From Chiloscyllium plagiosum (lineage: Eukaryota): a stretch of 62,000 nt of DNA. The stretch covers positions 18,452,542-18,514,541 of the forward strand of contig NC_057750.1 of the NCBI RefSeq assembly GCF_004010195.1, read 5' to 3'. The position numbers and the translations under genes were made by a program. The notes beneath the pieces were generated by a model. The model saw only the letters and a list, made by a program, of their open reading frames with translations, was not told the origin of the DNA and searched no databases. Below, one piece after another: positions 1 through 14,193 of this stretch (positions are counted from its first letter, which is position 1; each line of letters begins with the position of its first letter).

Positions 1-51
1 GCACCAAAAACTGATTTTATAGTTTCTGGCAACTCGAAGATTGCAAGCCAT

Positions 52-340
52 AGAGTCATAGAGATGTACAGCATGGAAACAGACCCTTCGGTCCAACTCG
101 TCCATGCCGACCAATATCCCACCCCAATCTAATCCCACCTGCCAGCACCCGGCCCATATCCCTCCAAACCCTGCTGTTCATATACCCATCCAGATGCTTT
201 TTAAATGTTGCAATTGTCCGAGCCTCCACCACTTCCTCTTGCAGGCCTTTCCACACACGCACCACCCTCTGCGTGAAAAAGTTGCCCCTTAGGTCTCTTT
301 TATATCTTTCCCCCTCACCCTAAACCTATGCCCTCTAGTC
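52..340 (-). mobile_element. CR1/HER1-type LINE 3' end (5'-truncated)
   Basis: ORF 56-265 (MVRVWKGLQEEVVEARTIATFKKHLDGYM) resembles the CR1 ORF2 C-terminus. The same tail (gagtcatagagatgtacagc...) recurs at 15468, 19235 and 36360. Confidence 0.9.
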
Positions 341-1249
341 ACACTGTCATGGTGGAGTCTCTTATGATTCAGATGGTGCTAATTTTAATTACCTCACCTT
401 TTAGTTTCACAAATTCACAGGTTTCAGTGAATTGAGTTAATGATGTTGTGTACAGATCAAAGCACTCTCTATACCCTTCAGCCTTAATGTTGAATAAATT
501 GTCTTCATATGGAACATTCACTTGATTAAAGTATGGCTTCAAAGCTTTTAAAATTGCTGCTATGTCTGTTTTGCTCTTCAGTAAGACCTAAGGTAGAATA
601 TATTTTCCAACAGTGATAACAGTATAGTGACTTTTGCCTGTTCTGGTTTGCCCAACAAATCCATTGCTGTTGTGCATGGAAGAAATTCAAATGTTGCTTC
701 ATATCGTTTGTCATATGAACAGGAGATGCTAAAGAAAAAGCTGCAGACATTTCCTCTTAACGGGTGTTCTAACTGAGGCATGCTTCATTTATCTGTGCTT
801 TATCCCTAAGGGCAGCTTACACCTCTACACATACCTATGTCTCCCTGTCACAGTGTGTCCCATATAACACCCAGTTCTCTTCCTTAAACACCGTCTTCTG
901 TCACCATGATTCAAGTGTATAATACAACAGTGCAATCAACAAAAAAATTTATTGAAGTGAAGTCATGATGTCTGCCTACAGTATGAGTTGGAGATGCCAT
1001 GTGTGCCCCATGATAAAAATTATGTGATGACAGCAAATTAGGAATGATATTTGTATATAATTGCATTTATACTAAACAACTGTATGCCAGCCAAAGCTGA
1101 TATTCCCGGAATCAATCCACCTACATTCCTGACCTCCATCTCTTTCTAATCTCACCTTTGGGGATATGTGAATACTTTCATGCATGGTGAGGCCAGAACT
1201 GGCTTTAGATGTATTCCACCTCCTTTCCCTTTTCTCACCCGTTCATTAA

Positions 1250-4150
1250 TATCGTAACTGTTGTGTCTTCCGATTGTTTTCTGGTTATCCTAAGTTGGAA
1301 ATAATCATACTTTAAATTGGAAACCTGAGAGCTCCCATTTAATTCCAATTTGTCGTATTATTTGCTCGGTCGACTTTCTAGTTTAGTATTGCATTACCCA
1401 AGAACCTGGCTCTCTAGTGCATCCATGAAATGTGGTCCATTGGCAATCTTGCAAACAATTGGTTCCTGGCTAAATAATTCATAACTGTGAAGACAATATA
1501 ACAATATGGAACAATAAGAATCAGCATTTTTGGCAAAAACATGACAGGCCATTCATGATATTTTCTGGCACTTTGATGATCACTTGATTATGGGATCTTA
1601 ACCAGCAAGAAGGTAGACAGGAAGCACGACAATCTTTCTGCGTAGGATATAATGTTTTTTTAAAAGTTTATTATGATTCCAGCTGATAGTAAGACTGGAC
1701 AAGTCAGATCCCAGAGTGAAACCTGGCTTAAAGACCATAAGTTTATTTTGCAATTTGTTTATCATGGTGGTTAGTCACTGAATATATTCATATGAAGCTG
1801 CAAATGTACTTTTAACAAAAGAACATGAAAGTTTGTAAGAAATGGAAAAAAAAATAATGATAGTTTATGAAATAAGAACTATTTGAAACATTCTTATTCC
1901 AAACATGGATTCAAACCTTTACCATCAGCATCAACTTTACAAATATTCAGAGCTCAGTGAGTAGTCACTCTGTTGCTACTTTAAAGTTTTTTTGTTCAGT
2001 TGACCAGTAGCAATTGATTTCTGAAATTTTCTTCTTGCTGATTTGCAAACACTTTCTGGGAAAACCTTTTATGCCCTCAGCATTCAGCAGTTTTCTGCTT
2101 CCAGACGTTTCTTCTATGCCAAGCGGGACATTTTTCACAGCCCTGACTGTTTTGGAGAATGCTATAGCTATTAGCACATTTGCTTTCAGTGAACCAGAAT
2201 AATCTGCCTGACCTTCTGTGTGGCCCTGTCTTTCTGTAATATTGGACTTCTGTTAATAGACAACAATAGCTTTTGGCCTTCAAATTATGTGAAATCAACA
2301 TGTAAACTCTAGTTCAGTCCAGCTGGCCATACCTATGGCTGCATAGGTGCCAATGGTGACTTCTTTTTTACAGCTTGACAAACTCTTCAATGTCCTTATC
2401 TAGCCATGGCCACCTAAGATAAGCTTTCACTAGATTTTCTATCAATCTCATCACTCAGTGTTGATCATGAGAATCACACAACATCTGTGATCTGTACTGT
2501 TGCCTGTCTCTGTGAGACAATATTATATACATTAACTAAGATACAGTGGAGACACTTTGAGCTCTAAAATACTCAAATTAATTTGTTAAGCAATGACACA
2601 TGCCTTTATATACCAGAGCTAACACAAGCACTGTTCTTTACGACCCTTGATTCTGTACCAACCACAAATGTTATTCCTTTGGAGAGTTGGCAACTGGCCA
2701 GGCTTGAACGCTTCTTGATGTCTTCATCAAGCCTCCTGACATTGGGCATTTTTTTGCAGTTGTTGGTCTCTGGAGTTTCTGCTGAAATCATGGGTTTCCT
2801 GGTCTGCTTTTATACAAGTGCCAAGTATATGCCTTATTTGAAATTATCTGTGCACATCACCAATCCTGAATGATTTGTCCTTATTTGGTATAGACAGCAT
2901 TTGGTGATTTCCTGCAATCTTAGTTCACATCCTATCTGAAAGACTCAGTTTAACTCCACTCACTTAACAGCCCATTGTAAAATCTATCAGTTCCTGTATC
3001 TTCAGCCTTCCAACAATATCCAGAATTACAACTCTGGCTTCCTATTTTACACAACCTTTACCAACCGATAACACATTCTTTTAGATAAAAAAATTGGACA
3101 AATTTCGAAATCCAGTACCTGTGTAGGCCACCCATTTGTGACATAGACATATATACTTGACAATGCAAAGTCAAAAAAAATTATTCATTGTTCAAAACAA
3201 TGTGATCTGCTGTGATTGGCATTTTGTTTACATTTGAAATGAAAAATACACCCTCCCTGTCAGGTACTATGTCAGATGGAGATGTAAACATTGCATCAGT
3301 ATTCCAATGATCTTCTGGTTGTCTGTACTTATATTGTCATACATTTTAAGCAGGCAAATCCAAAGCCCGTATCTGGTTGCAGCTAAACTTAGATTCAGTG
3401 GTTTATACTGTTTTGATTGAAAATTTACATCTGTACAAGTACTTGTAAAATCTTAATTCTCTAAAAAGCAAAGACAATGCTTCATACTCTTTTCTTAGCA
3501 AAATTTCACTTACTAGAAATGATGGTATGTGAGGCATACACAACAGTCTCTCCTTATCATTATCCAACACAAGAGACATCACAGCCCCTATTCTGTAAGG
3601 AGGTGCATCACATGCTAGGTCAATCTTTTTGGACACATGGTAATTTTCAGACATTGTACCACTTCCCAATTCACAATGTAGCTAATTTGTCACACACCTT
3701 CATCCAAAACCACAAAACACCCTTCCTCAAGAGTTTGTTCAATGGATGCAATATGTTTGCCAAATTTGACATGAATTAGTGCAATGATTCTTTGGTTTCA
3801 AAAAATATCTGAGCTGAGGAATATGGCACATTATGTAATGCTTCAACCTTAATCTGGATAAGATGTAACCTAACCTGCCCAGTGACCCAAATAGACTACA
3901 GAATTTCAAAATATTCCTTGTTTCACCGTTTTTGCTCAAAATCCATGCTTTTCCGAAATGGTGGAATACGTTCTTCAGTCTGTCATCATGAAGCTGCTGA
4001 GCTAGAGCTGAAGTAGGTATCATCCAAATAATTCCCTCAATCACTTGTAAACTTTTGTTCATTACCCCTTGGATAATTCTGGAGGGAAAGAAACATCAAT
4101 TGGCATCTTATGAAACTGAAATGTGCCCATGTGAGTACCAATAGTTAAAT
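1250..4150 (-). mobile_element. Highly decayed Ty3/Gypsy pol relic, conventional RT-RH-INT order
   Basis: RNase H-like LACDAPPYRIGAVMS...KERL (ORF 3403-3669). Integrase-like WPWLDKDIEEFVK and ...LHVDF near 2290-2430, and NGPHF near 1430-1450. Many stops and frameshifts. Confidence 0.6.
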
Positions 4151-4769
4151 ATGGCTTTGACTCATAACTAATCCTTGTTGTAGGTCAGCATATGTCAGGC
4201 ATAGTCACAAAGTCATAGTCATAGAGATCTACAGCACAGGAAAAGGCCCTTTGTCCCATCAGTGTACATGCACACCAAAGTCCCTCTGATCCTGGATTCT
4301 TGCTCTGTCCAAGTGCATCACCTCATGCTTTAACTTAAGAGAAAGGTACTGATACTAATTCTCATGAATCAGAGACCAGTGAGCCATTGTTCAGCAATGT
4401 TTTGCAGCGGCTGGTCTGGCAGAATTCTCCTTTTGCAGGAATTTGGATGCAGGGCGATCCAGTTGAAGGCATAGCTGTAAAGCTCTAGGCGGACAATTAG
4501 TTCATTTTTCAGGTGAAACCTATTATTTTTTCTGAAAATGACGAGCTTTGAGAGAGTTTGAGGCTAGAAGCAGGGTTTTGCTAAGCCTGAACTTGCTTCA
4601 TTGATGTTGTCCCGATGTAGAACAGCAGACTGAAGAAAGCAGTCAAAGCTATATAATTAAAAGTATTGATAAGCTCTGAGTTTCAGTCATTTATTTGGAG
4701 TTTCTGGGATGAGTCACTTTATTAATATGATGACTTTTATGCATCTGGTCTAAAACCATTGTATATTGT

Positions 4770-5615
4770 AGGAATTCATAGATACAAATTACAAGTGGAA
4801 GGAGGCCTTTTGGTCCTTCCAGCTTGCTCCACCATTCAATATGAGCATGGCTGATCCTCTGTCTCAATGGCATATTCTCACTTTCTCTCCATACCCATTG
4901 ATGACTTTAAAATCAAACTTCTTCCTTGAATATATTCAATGACTTGCCCTCCATAGCCTTCTGTGGTTAAAAGTAAGTTCACTACCCTTCGAGTGAATGA
5001 CACTTTTCTTCACCTCAGTCCTAAATGGCCTACCCTGTATCCTGAGACTGTGTCCCCTGGTTCTAGACTCCCCAGTCAGGGAAAACATATCCCCTGCATT
5101 TAGTCTGTTCAGCCCTATTAGAATTTTATATTTTTCAATCAGATCCCCTCTCATCCTTCTAAACTCTAGTGAATATAGGCCCATCAAATCAATCTCTTTT
5201 CATAGGACAGTCCTAGTGAACCTCTGCTGCACTCCCTTTATGGCAAATATGTCCTCACTTTGATAGGGAGACAAAAGCTGCACACTGTATAACTGCAGGA
5301 AAATATTCCTACTTCTGAAGTCAAATCCTTTTGCAATGAAAGCCAATCTGCCATTTGCCTTCCTAATTGTTTTCTTCATCCTCCTGCACCCTACATTCAT
5401 TGACTAGTGTACAAGGACAATAGATCCCTTCGTACATCCATACTTCACTGAATATCATCATTTAAATCATACTCTTCCTTTAGGTTTTTCACACTCAAGT
5501 GAAAAACTTCACATTTAACACCTTGTACTCCATCTGCCATGTGTTTTCTCTCACACTTGTCTAAATAACCTCAAAACCTCTGTGCACCCTCCAGACAACT
5601 CACAATCCTATCCAG
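4770..5615 (-). mobile_element. CR1 LINE fragment (ORF2 C-terminus + 3' UTR)
   Basis: ORF 4936-5187 GLYSLEFRRMRGDLIEKYKIL...SRTRGHSL; ORF 5200-5400 KANGRLAFI. Confidence 0.9.
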
Positions 5616-6744
5616 AAAATAAACCGTGGGCACATTTACATCATCTCAGGGATAAATGGTTTTGCTGGCTTTCTTTTAAACCATTCCTACTATGGGCCTT
5701 GGGTGCCTTCGTGTGGGTTTGAGTAGAATGCTTACACAGCACAAATGTGTGACATTCAGTGGAGCACATTCTGTGTTTCCCAGCAGCCATCTTACATCCA
5801 ACAAGAATCTATTAAAAAATAAACAAGAGAATATAGTTTAAAACAAAAAAACAATGTTGGAATTCACTTCATACCTTCAGAGCATGACTCAATATTCAAC
5901 TGCTAGACAGTACAGTTTATACGTTGTCTACTGCTTAGTGCAGCCATTTGAAATATTATAGAGTTGTTCGTAACCTATTTGTCTATTTGGGTTTGGGATT
6001 GATGCTCCTTTCACAATATAACTGATTTTATGATCTATTGATGTCAAACTAGATGAATTGTAAATTACATTTGACCCAGATCAGGTTAAAACTGTAACTC
6101 ATGTTGAAGTTTTATAGATAAAATGCTGCTTTTTTCCACCTGCTCTTGTTCCTGTCATATTATCATTTTCAAGGTCTGTGTGCAGGGCTGTGGCATGAAA
6201 GGAAAGTGCTACAAATAACCTCAACAGTTACCCTGCTTGAAAGTTGGTGTCAGCAAAGTCAATATTACAGAACAAATAATATGAAGCCCACCTTGCATTG
6301 ATAAACTCAAAGATAACACTTTCCTGTGGATTCTCTGATAATGGCATAAATGCAATGATATCTCTTCTGAAGAAAAATGCCACATGGAATATTAAGAAAT
6401 GATCCACCTGGAGTCATGATTAATGAACAACTTTCAGACATGTTGGGGCACGATTAACTGATAAACTAACACACATGTCAATACTGGGTACAGGAATTAC
6501 AATATGTGGCAAAATACAAACACACTCACATCAGCAAGATTTACAAAAATTATGTCCAACATTACCTGTCAAGAATGTGCCACACTAAGGCACAGCTCAT
6601 TACGTCACATTCTGCAAATTAGATGCAAATTTGTTAATTTATTTTGAGTATGTTAATTCCTAAACACACTACCCATGGTTAATTTATTTCTCTTAGTATA
6701 TAAATCAATTTTCACCCAGAATATTGCAACCTTTAGTTTTTTTT

Positions 6745-7435
6745 TCATATAGGATGTGGCCTCGACCAGCATTTATGAATCTGTTGGAGGTGGAACCATT
6801 AAACTATAATACTTTAGGACTTTAGGACTGGGCCCAGGAAAGGATCTCCAGTTTTTTTATGATTTTGAGTGAGATCCTCCCAAATAGTTAAAGTTTCTGA
6901 GTAAGGAGGGCTGAACTGGCTCCCCCTTCCAATTTAACCTTTTTCTTGGTTGCCCTATAAAAATGGTGATGAATCATCTTCTTGAGCTACTACAGTCCAT
7001 ATGGTGTAGCTACACTCAGAGTGCTATTAAAAAGGAAGTCCTAGGATTTTTACCCAGTGACAGTGAAGGAGCAGTGACATAGCCCCAAATCTGGATGATA
7101 TGTGGCATGGGGGTGATCTTGCATCTGGTGATGTATTTGTTGCCTTTGTCCTTCTCGATGGTAGGACTTGGGTTTTCAATGTGCTGTCGTACATAGTCTT
7201 CAGTTATTGTATTGTTTCCTGAGAGTGGTACACAGTATTGCCACGCCATGTCAGTGGAGGGAGTGAATGCTTAATATGGTGGAAGAGGTACTAATGAAGT
7301 AAACTGCTTTGTCCTGGGTTACATTGAAATCCTTGAGTTGTTGGAGCTGTACTCATCTAGGCAAGCATGGGGTATTCCATTACACTTCTGACTTGTGCCT
7401 TGTAGATATTGGACAGGCATTGGGAGACAGGAAGT
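6745..7435 (-). mobile_element. Jockey-group (CR1/L2-like) LINE family B fragment, interrupted by a 177-bp insert
   Basis: Minus strand near 7330-7415 reads LSNIYKAQVRSVMEY, an RT C-terminal motif. The tail motif ggatgtgg...ccagcattta also occurs near 20680-20715. Confidence 0.65.
6776..6952. repeat. Near-identical direct duplicate, copy 1 (partner 8133-8301)
   Basis: tgaatctgttggaggtgg...ttttcttggttg. Differs from 8133-8301 by an 8-bp tandem duplication (actttagg) and one substitution. Confidence 0.95.
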
Positions 7436-7459
7436 AAGACAATTTTCTTCTTATCTCTG

Positions 7460-7710
7460 TCATAAATGGGTTTTTAAACAGTGACCACTAGTTCCAGATC
7501 CTTCCACAAGAGGAAATATCCTTACTGCGTGGACTCTGTCAAGCCCCTCAGGATTTTACATGTTTCAATCAAGTCACCTCTTACTGTTCTAAACTCCAGC
7601 AGTTATGCCCAGCTCATCCAATCCTTTCTCATAAGACACTTTACTCATACCAGGCATTAGTCTGCTAAAATTTCTCTGAACTGCCTTCCAACAAACCTAC
7701 ATCTTTCCGT
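7460..7710 (-). mobile_element. CR1 LINE fragment
   Basis: Similar to other CR1 3' regions in the window (tcaatcaagtcacctcttact...ctaaactcc). Confidence 0.7.
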
Positions 7711-8132
7711 AAATAATGCTTTCCATGTGCATGTATCAAGTCCTGTATTGAGGGACAGATTGTCTGTTGCCCTGAGCCTAAGGTAGAATTTGCTCACCAC
7801 TTTCCGTAAGGTTTCATTTGTGTGATCTGGTTGGAGAAGTAACTTTTGATGCATGACCATGATTTTCTTGATGCTCAGATTCAGGGTGAAAACTTTATAG
7901 GCCCATCCCTTTAGAGACAGCTGAGCTTTGGTATGGGTAGCCAATGGAATTGGCAGAGAGAAATTCTCTGATCAGGATGTGATGTAGTTTTGTCTTGATA
8001 GATTGTAAAGCTTGCTAGCTGACCTTGTGTGCAAGTAAACTCTTTTTTTAAACTGCAGAGAAGGCAAAAATGAAGAGCTTCAGGAGGAATAAGCCAAATG
8101 AGTTGGGATTTGGACACAAGCCTACTTCACAC

Positions 8133-8301
8133 TGAATCTGTTGGAGGTGGAACCATTAAACTATAATACTTTAGGACTGGGCCCAGGAAAGGATCTCCAG
8201 TTTTTTTATGATTTTGAGTGAGATACTCCCAAATAGTTAAAGTTTCTGAGTAAGGAGGGCTGAACTGGCTCCCCCTTCCAATTTAACCTTTTTCTTGGTT
8301 G
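8133..8301. repeat. Near-identical direct duplicate, copy 2 (partner 6776-6952)
   Basis: Direct comparison with 6776-6952. Confidence 0.95.
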
Positions 8302-8324
8302 TTTGCAACAGGATTAAGTTAAAA

Positions 8325-9141
8325 AAAAATCCCCTCCATTATGGACACCTTTTTCCAATCAAATTATATGTATATTTTTAAAGGAGACCAACTAACCAGA
8401 GTTTCTTGAGTTAAAAAGTGTGATTTTATTCGCTATTAAACACACACACACAAATTATAATTATGAACTGAATAAAAAGATACAGTTTAAAAGATTTTGC
8501 AAATTAGTTTCCGGGTGAAAACTAGATTATGGAATATTGCAGTCATTAAGTTGGATGATACCATTAAAGCTGGTAGTGAAGCAGTTGATTTTAAGATTCT
8601 TGGCTCTGTAAATTATTTGACAGATTTCTGTTGCGTTTTCTTTGTGATGGTAACTTCACTGACTTGCCTAGCTTCCAGCTAATAAGGTGAAAGAGTTTTT
8701 TCTTTTACCTGCAACAGAGGGGCATCCAATGGTTATCCTCTGACCTTCACAGCACCCTAGTCCACACCAACATATCAGCCCACCAATACAATGAGCTGAG
8801 GACTTTTAACGGTTTGTGTGCATTTCCAAGAAGGCAAAACACAAACATATCTTTCATGTCATGTTCACAGTCGAGGGTATAATCCACAGGAGCTGGCTTT
8901 CTTGCTGAGAAGTGTAATAAATTTTTTGCCTTGCATCTCTTCCTTTTAAGTCTCTTTGTTTGAAGTTTCCCTGACACTCTATATTAGTAACATACCATAG
9001 ATTCACACAGGGACTTTGGCCAGCAGTGAATTCTATTCTGGTGCTGACACAGTTGGGTGGCATTACCAGCTGCCATACTGCAGATATCAATTCAACAGGT
9101 TTGCACACATTAGTGGTCATGCTTCATTCACTCCACATCAC
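8325..9141. mobile_element. Possible solo-LTR-like sequence
   Basis: Ends in ...catcaca directly beside a CR1 tail. Loosely resembles 35826-36798 (aaccaga-tttctt...tttatt...cacacaca). No internal retroelement sequence. Confidence 0.3.
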
Positions 9142-9147
9142 AATTTA

Positions 9148-10228
9148 AGGCCATAGGATATAGGAGCAGAATTAGGCCATTTGGCCCACCGATCATGGCT
9201 GATATGTTTCTCAACCCCATTGCCCTGCCTTCTTCCTTTAACCCTTGATCTCCTTACTAATCAAGAACCAATCTATCTCCAGCCTAAATACACTCAATGA
9301 CTTGGCCTCCACAGCATTTTGTGGCAATGAGTTCCACAAATTAGGCATCTTCTGCCTGAAGAAATTCCACCCCTCCAGAGTTTTAAAGGATCATTCCTTC
9401 ACACTGAGGCTGTGACCTTGGGTCCTAGTCTCTCCTAATAGTGGAAACATTTTCTCTGTGTCCACTCAATCCAAGCCTCTCAGTATTTTGAATGTTTCAA
9501 TCACATCTCCCTCATCCTTCTAAACTCCTTCAAACTCCTCCCCCAGTGTCCTCAATTGCTCATTTTATGACAATCCCTTCATCCCTGGCATCATTCTTGT
9601 AAACTTTCTCTGGACCTCCTCCAACTCCAGCACATTCTTTCTCAGATGCCGAGCCCAAAACTGCTCACAACATTTCAAATGTGATGTGACCACACCCTTA
9701 CATAGCCTCAGCAATACATTGCTGCTCTTGTATTCTAGCTCTCTCGAAATGAATGCTAACATTCCATTTGCTTTTCTAACCACTAACTAAACCTGCATGT
9801 TAACTTCAAGAGAATCCTAAGGAAATTCCAAGTTCCTATGTGCTTCAGATTTTCATAGCCTTTGACCATTTAGAAAATATTGAACACCTTTATTCTTCCT
9901 ACCAAAGTGCATGACCTAACACTTCCCACATTGTATTTCATTGGCCAATTCTTTGGCCACTCACCTAGCCTGTCCAAGTTATTTTGTAGTCTCCCTGCTT
10001 CCCCAACACCATCTGTCCCTCCACCTATCTTTGTGCCATATGCAAACTTAGCATCAATGCTCTCAGTTCCTTAATCCAAATTGTTAATATATAATGTGAA
10101 TAGTCATGGTCCCAAATCTGACCCTGGCAGAACTCCATTAGTCACTGACTGCCATCCTGCAAAAGACTCCTTTATCCCCACTCTCTGCCTTCTGTCAGTC
10201 AGCTAATCCTCTTTCCATGCCAGTACCT
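9148..10228 (-). mobile_element. CR1 LINE, 3' part (split by the Gypsy insertion; continues at 16769)
   Basis: ORF 9565-9783 VRKANGMLAFISRELEYKS...EVQRKFTRMMPGM. The host sequence ccagt-acct|tgcccc rejoins across the LTR element. Confidence 0.9.
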
Positions 10229-10857
10229 TGTCATGGACCAGTCCAGAGCCCCTCAAAATATTTTTAGAAGTAGCTTAGACCTTAATGTTTTCTTATTTTG
10301 AAGACAAATATGAAGTGTTGTGTTCCAGATACAATTCGACTGGTCAACCTAACCAACATGAAGCCAAACACAATTTAGCCAAACTGTGCAGTTAAATACA
10401 ACAAAAGAAAGAAGAACTTGGATTGCCAACTCTGTTGGAAAACTTAACAGAATAATAGATACAATAACTATTACTCATTAATTGTTCCAATGCAATAACA
10501 GCCCATAAGCACACTCTTTGGCAAAAAGGCAAATTCAGAAAACATATTTTCTCACATGCAGTGCTCTCTGTAGGAAGAGAAGGCCCAGTTTCTAGCTGTA
10601 ACTGAGAGAAGGGAAAAATACCTTCTACTTCTTCGAAACTTCTACCGAATCTAAAAGCTAAAAAAAATCAAGAAAACCTGGCCTGAGAACTGGCCACACT
10701 CACTCAGGCTTCTTCTTTTGCTCTAAGTTTTAAAAGAAAACCTAGGCCTCCTCACAAGTTGTTTGTCTTCTCCTAGACTGCTCTTCACCTGTCCCCCAAT
10801 CTCTCTCCAAAAGAAACCAGGACAAAACACACCTCATAAAGCAATAGCATCAACACA
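10229..10857 (-). repeat. 3' LTR of Gmr1-like element 1
   Basis: Starts tgtcatggacc, ends caacaca; homologous to 16149-16764. The adjacent gctcccgcctt is a PPT-like purine run on the minus strand. Confidence 0.88.
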
Positions 10858-11914
10858 GCTCCCGCCTTACAAAAAAAAGAATCATCAATATACAAAGATG
10901 GCGTCGTTTTTAAAAACTCTTAGCGTTAATCTATTAGTACACAATACATTACACTGATTGTAAGCACACAACCATTTACTTCTACAGTCTATTTCGGTCC
11001 TTTTGTCTTCTGCCACCAAACACCTCCGCCTTCCTTCACACCAGTTGCGGCATCATGTCAGCAATTACGTCCTCTCGTCCTGCCACCTAATAGGTCTTTC
11101 CATCGTCTTATTGTGTTCTTGCAAGAGTACAGCACCGACACCCACATCACCTGCACTGATAGGCTTTACATAATTATGTGTAGCCAACACTGGGGCAATG
11201 GTTAACACAGCCTTCAAGCTGTCAAATGCACTCTGACAGTTCTCTGTCCACTGCAGTTTGCTGCACATCCTCAATAAATCAGTCAGTGCAGCAACTACAC
11301 TGCTAAAATTTGGTATAAACTTGCAACAAAACCCATTCAATCCCAGGAAGTCTAGTCCTGCACTCTTCGTCAATGGTATGGGAAACTCCCAATAACCTTT
11401 GGTTTCACATCCCATGGGGCCATCTGTCATGTCCAGTGACATGGCCCAGGAACATGACTCGGGATTTTGCAAACCCACTCTCAGCCAGGTTTATCACTGA
11501 AGTCGATCGAACAATTCCAACAGATGCTGCAAATGTTCCTTCCACATGTGACTCAAAATCATCAGATTTCTGTGTACACCACACAGTTGGGTAATCCAGA
11601 AATGATTTTATTGGTTAGTCCTTGAAATGTGGTTGGTGCATTTTTAAAATTGGTACAGCCCATGTGCTGCCACAAAAGTCATTGCTTTTCAGCTAATAGT
11701 ATCTGCTATGTCCTTCAAGTTAGAAATACAAGTGGCTTGCTCCGCCTTCTCAATACAGTCTTCCAACATAGAATAGGGTATGAATCAGATTTTGTGATAG
11801 GCCACATATAATCCAGTTGGGTACCATCTGGTTTTGGTACCATTACTATGGGTGAACTCCAGCTGCTGTAACTCACTTCGATTATATTGTCAGTAATCAT
11901 ACATTCAATCCATC

Positions 11915-12260
11915 TCTTGGCCCAGTGTGGCAGTCTGCCAGCCCAGCATGGAGTCCTCTCATGAACCCTGAGGTGAAGCCTGGTGTGCTGGAGTCAAAGT
12001 CCAGTGCAGTCTGGAGACTAGGTTCTAGCATAGACTGGGTTGGAAGACCATTGTTCTGAAATTTCTTTCCTCCATTTTATAATTTATTCCTAAAATCTAC
12101 AATGTTGGACTTTTTAACTTCACTTTTTTAAAAGAATTCCACTGAAGAAACTGCATTTAGGGGTCTTTATTTCTAAGATGGCACCATAAGTGGTGACTTG
12201 TACACTTTTCACTGCACTCATTTGGGTATATTTGACAATAAAGCTAATTTTAATTCTAAT
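11915..12260 (+). mobile_element. Non-autonomous retroposon fragment with Rex1/Babar-like 3' tail, inserted in Gypsy RT
   Basis: The tail cacttttcactgcac...atttgacaataaagc(taattc)n resembles the Rex1 tail at 17310-17365 and the tail at 37755-37830. It interrupts RT between PIKQHPYR...QVQK and MITDNII. Confidence 0.55.
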
Positions 12261-14193
12261 TCTTTTGAACCTGTGCCAAATTTAGAGGGTTAGGTCTATA
12301 AGGATGCTGCTTAATTGGAACAACATTTCTTATATCTACAACATGCATAATCAGATTAGTACTTCTCAGCTCATTCCCACATATCTCCCCATATGATTGT
12401 AATAACTCTTTTAGGTCATTTTGATTTTCCCCTGGAAGGTAACTCAATAATGTATCCCAATTTTTGAGGACATCCTCATTGTGCAATTTAATTTGAGGAA
12501 TGGCCAATTCAGAATCATCTGAACTTGGTTCTTCACTCTGTATTGTAACCAGTAACACATTCTCTTCCTGCTTTCCTTCCCTATAAAAATACCTTTTGAG
12601 CATCTTCACATGACACATTCTGAGAGATTTCTTTCTTTTTGTGGCATTCTTATCAAATAATTCATCTCAATCTCCTTTCGATTTGATAAGGCCCCACTAA
12701 ACCTACCACTGGAAGTGTCACTAACACTTTATCACTCACAAAATTGTGAGTTTTTGATTTCTTGTCTGCTTCCTGTTTCATCAGATGCTTTGTTCCTTTT
12801 AAATACTGTCTCACTAACTCACCACTCTGTTTAATATTTCCCTAAAATTTGATACTTAGTCCAAATGTATGACTTCTGAACTCTAACTCACCACTTTCTC
12901 CTAAATTAATTACAGTTGTCCTCTCACCTAATACCAAAAACTAATTGATTGAATTTGGTAGGTTTAAATAGAGACTAATCCCTAATTACAAAAAGTACAA
13001 ATGGAATTCTTTTAACCCAATACTCTGAATAATTTTGACTATAATTCCTCCGTATGGTTTTTAAAGTTTGATACCACTGTTCTAATGATGCATGCAATTC
13101 TGAATTGTTTTATTCCCAAGCTACCCATAGCATCCCTGAATAATTTTGATGTATAATTTGACCCTTGATCTGATTTTATCTGCATGGGTGGTCCGTATCT
13201 AGTAAATATTTAAAGTAACTCTTCAACAGTCCTTTTAGCCTAGGTATAGTGTATTGGAATGGCCTCTGGCAATCCTATGGACGCATCCGTTATGATCAAC
13301 AAATACTAATTTCCACTTTTTGTTTTGGATAGGGATCCTATGTAATCAATTAAGACTCTTATGAAAGGTTCCTCAAATATGGGAATAGGCATTAAGGGCG
13401 TTGGTTTTATCACTGCTTGAGATTTTTTAATTACCTGACATGGATAACATGTCTGGTAAAAGTCAACCATATCCTTATGCAGTCCAGGCCAATAAAAATA
13501 TTTTTGTATTTTAGCTTGATTTTCCTTACTCCCAAATTATCTCCTATGGGTAATTCATGTGATACTCGCAAGACTACTTTCTATAACCCACAGTAATATA
13601 ATCTGATGAACGTCTGCCCATTTCTCAGCTGTTTTAAGATGTAATGATCTCTATTTCCTTATCAAGATGCCAGTTTTAAGATAGTAACATTCTCTGATTC
13701 TTCTTCTGGGTGTGTTTTTTCATACAACTGTATTAGTTTTCTACGTTTCTGTTGTAAGTCAGTTAATTTTACTGAACTAAAATACCCACTTTGTCCCCCA
13801 CCTGATCTTGTAATTTTCACAGCCATTTGATCAAGAATAGTCTTAGACAATTGTACTTCAACTTTCTCATCTTTATTCTTTGATTTCTCCTCCTGCTTTG
13901 TGACCTCGTTCTAAACAGTCAGGAAAAATCCTAGGATATACTTCCTGTAATGCCTCAGTTGCCTGATTTTACACTGGCTTTTCAATCACAGAAGGCATCA
14001 CTTCCAATTGTGATTCAGCTATGCCATTACCAATGGCAAATTATATTTATGGAACTGACAGTTTCTCCTGTACTCCTACCACAACTTCTCCACTTTTCAC
14101 TGGACTCTCTGACCTCACTTTATACCATGTTACATTTTTTGTCTCACAGTGAATTCCACATATTACCACTTCTTCTGGCAATACTCTTTCTGA

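Noticed and set aside
5736..5975. Possible minus-strand host exons (AG...GT-bounded segments)
   Set aside because: One segment has stops in all three frames and the other gives no recognisable peptide; splice-like motifs arise by chance.
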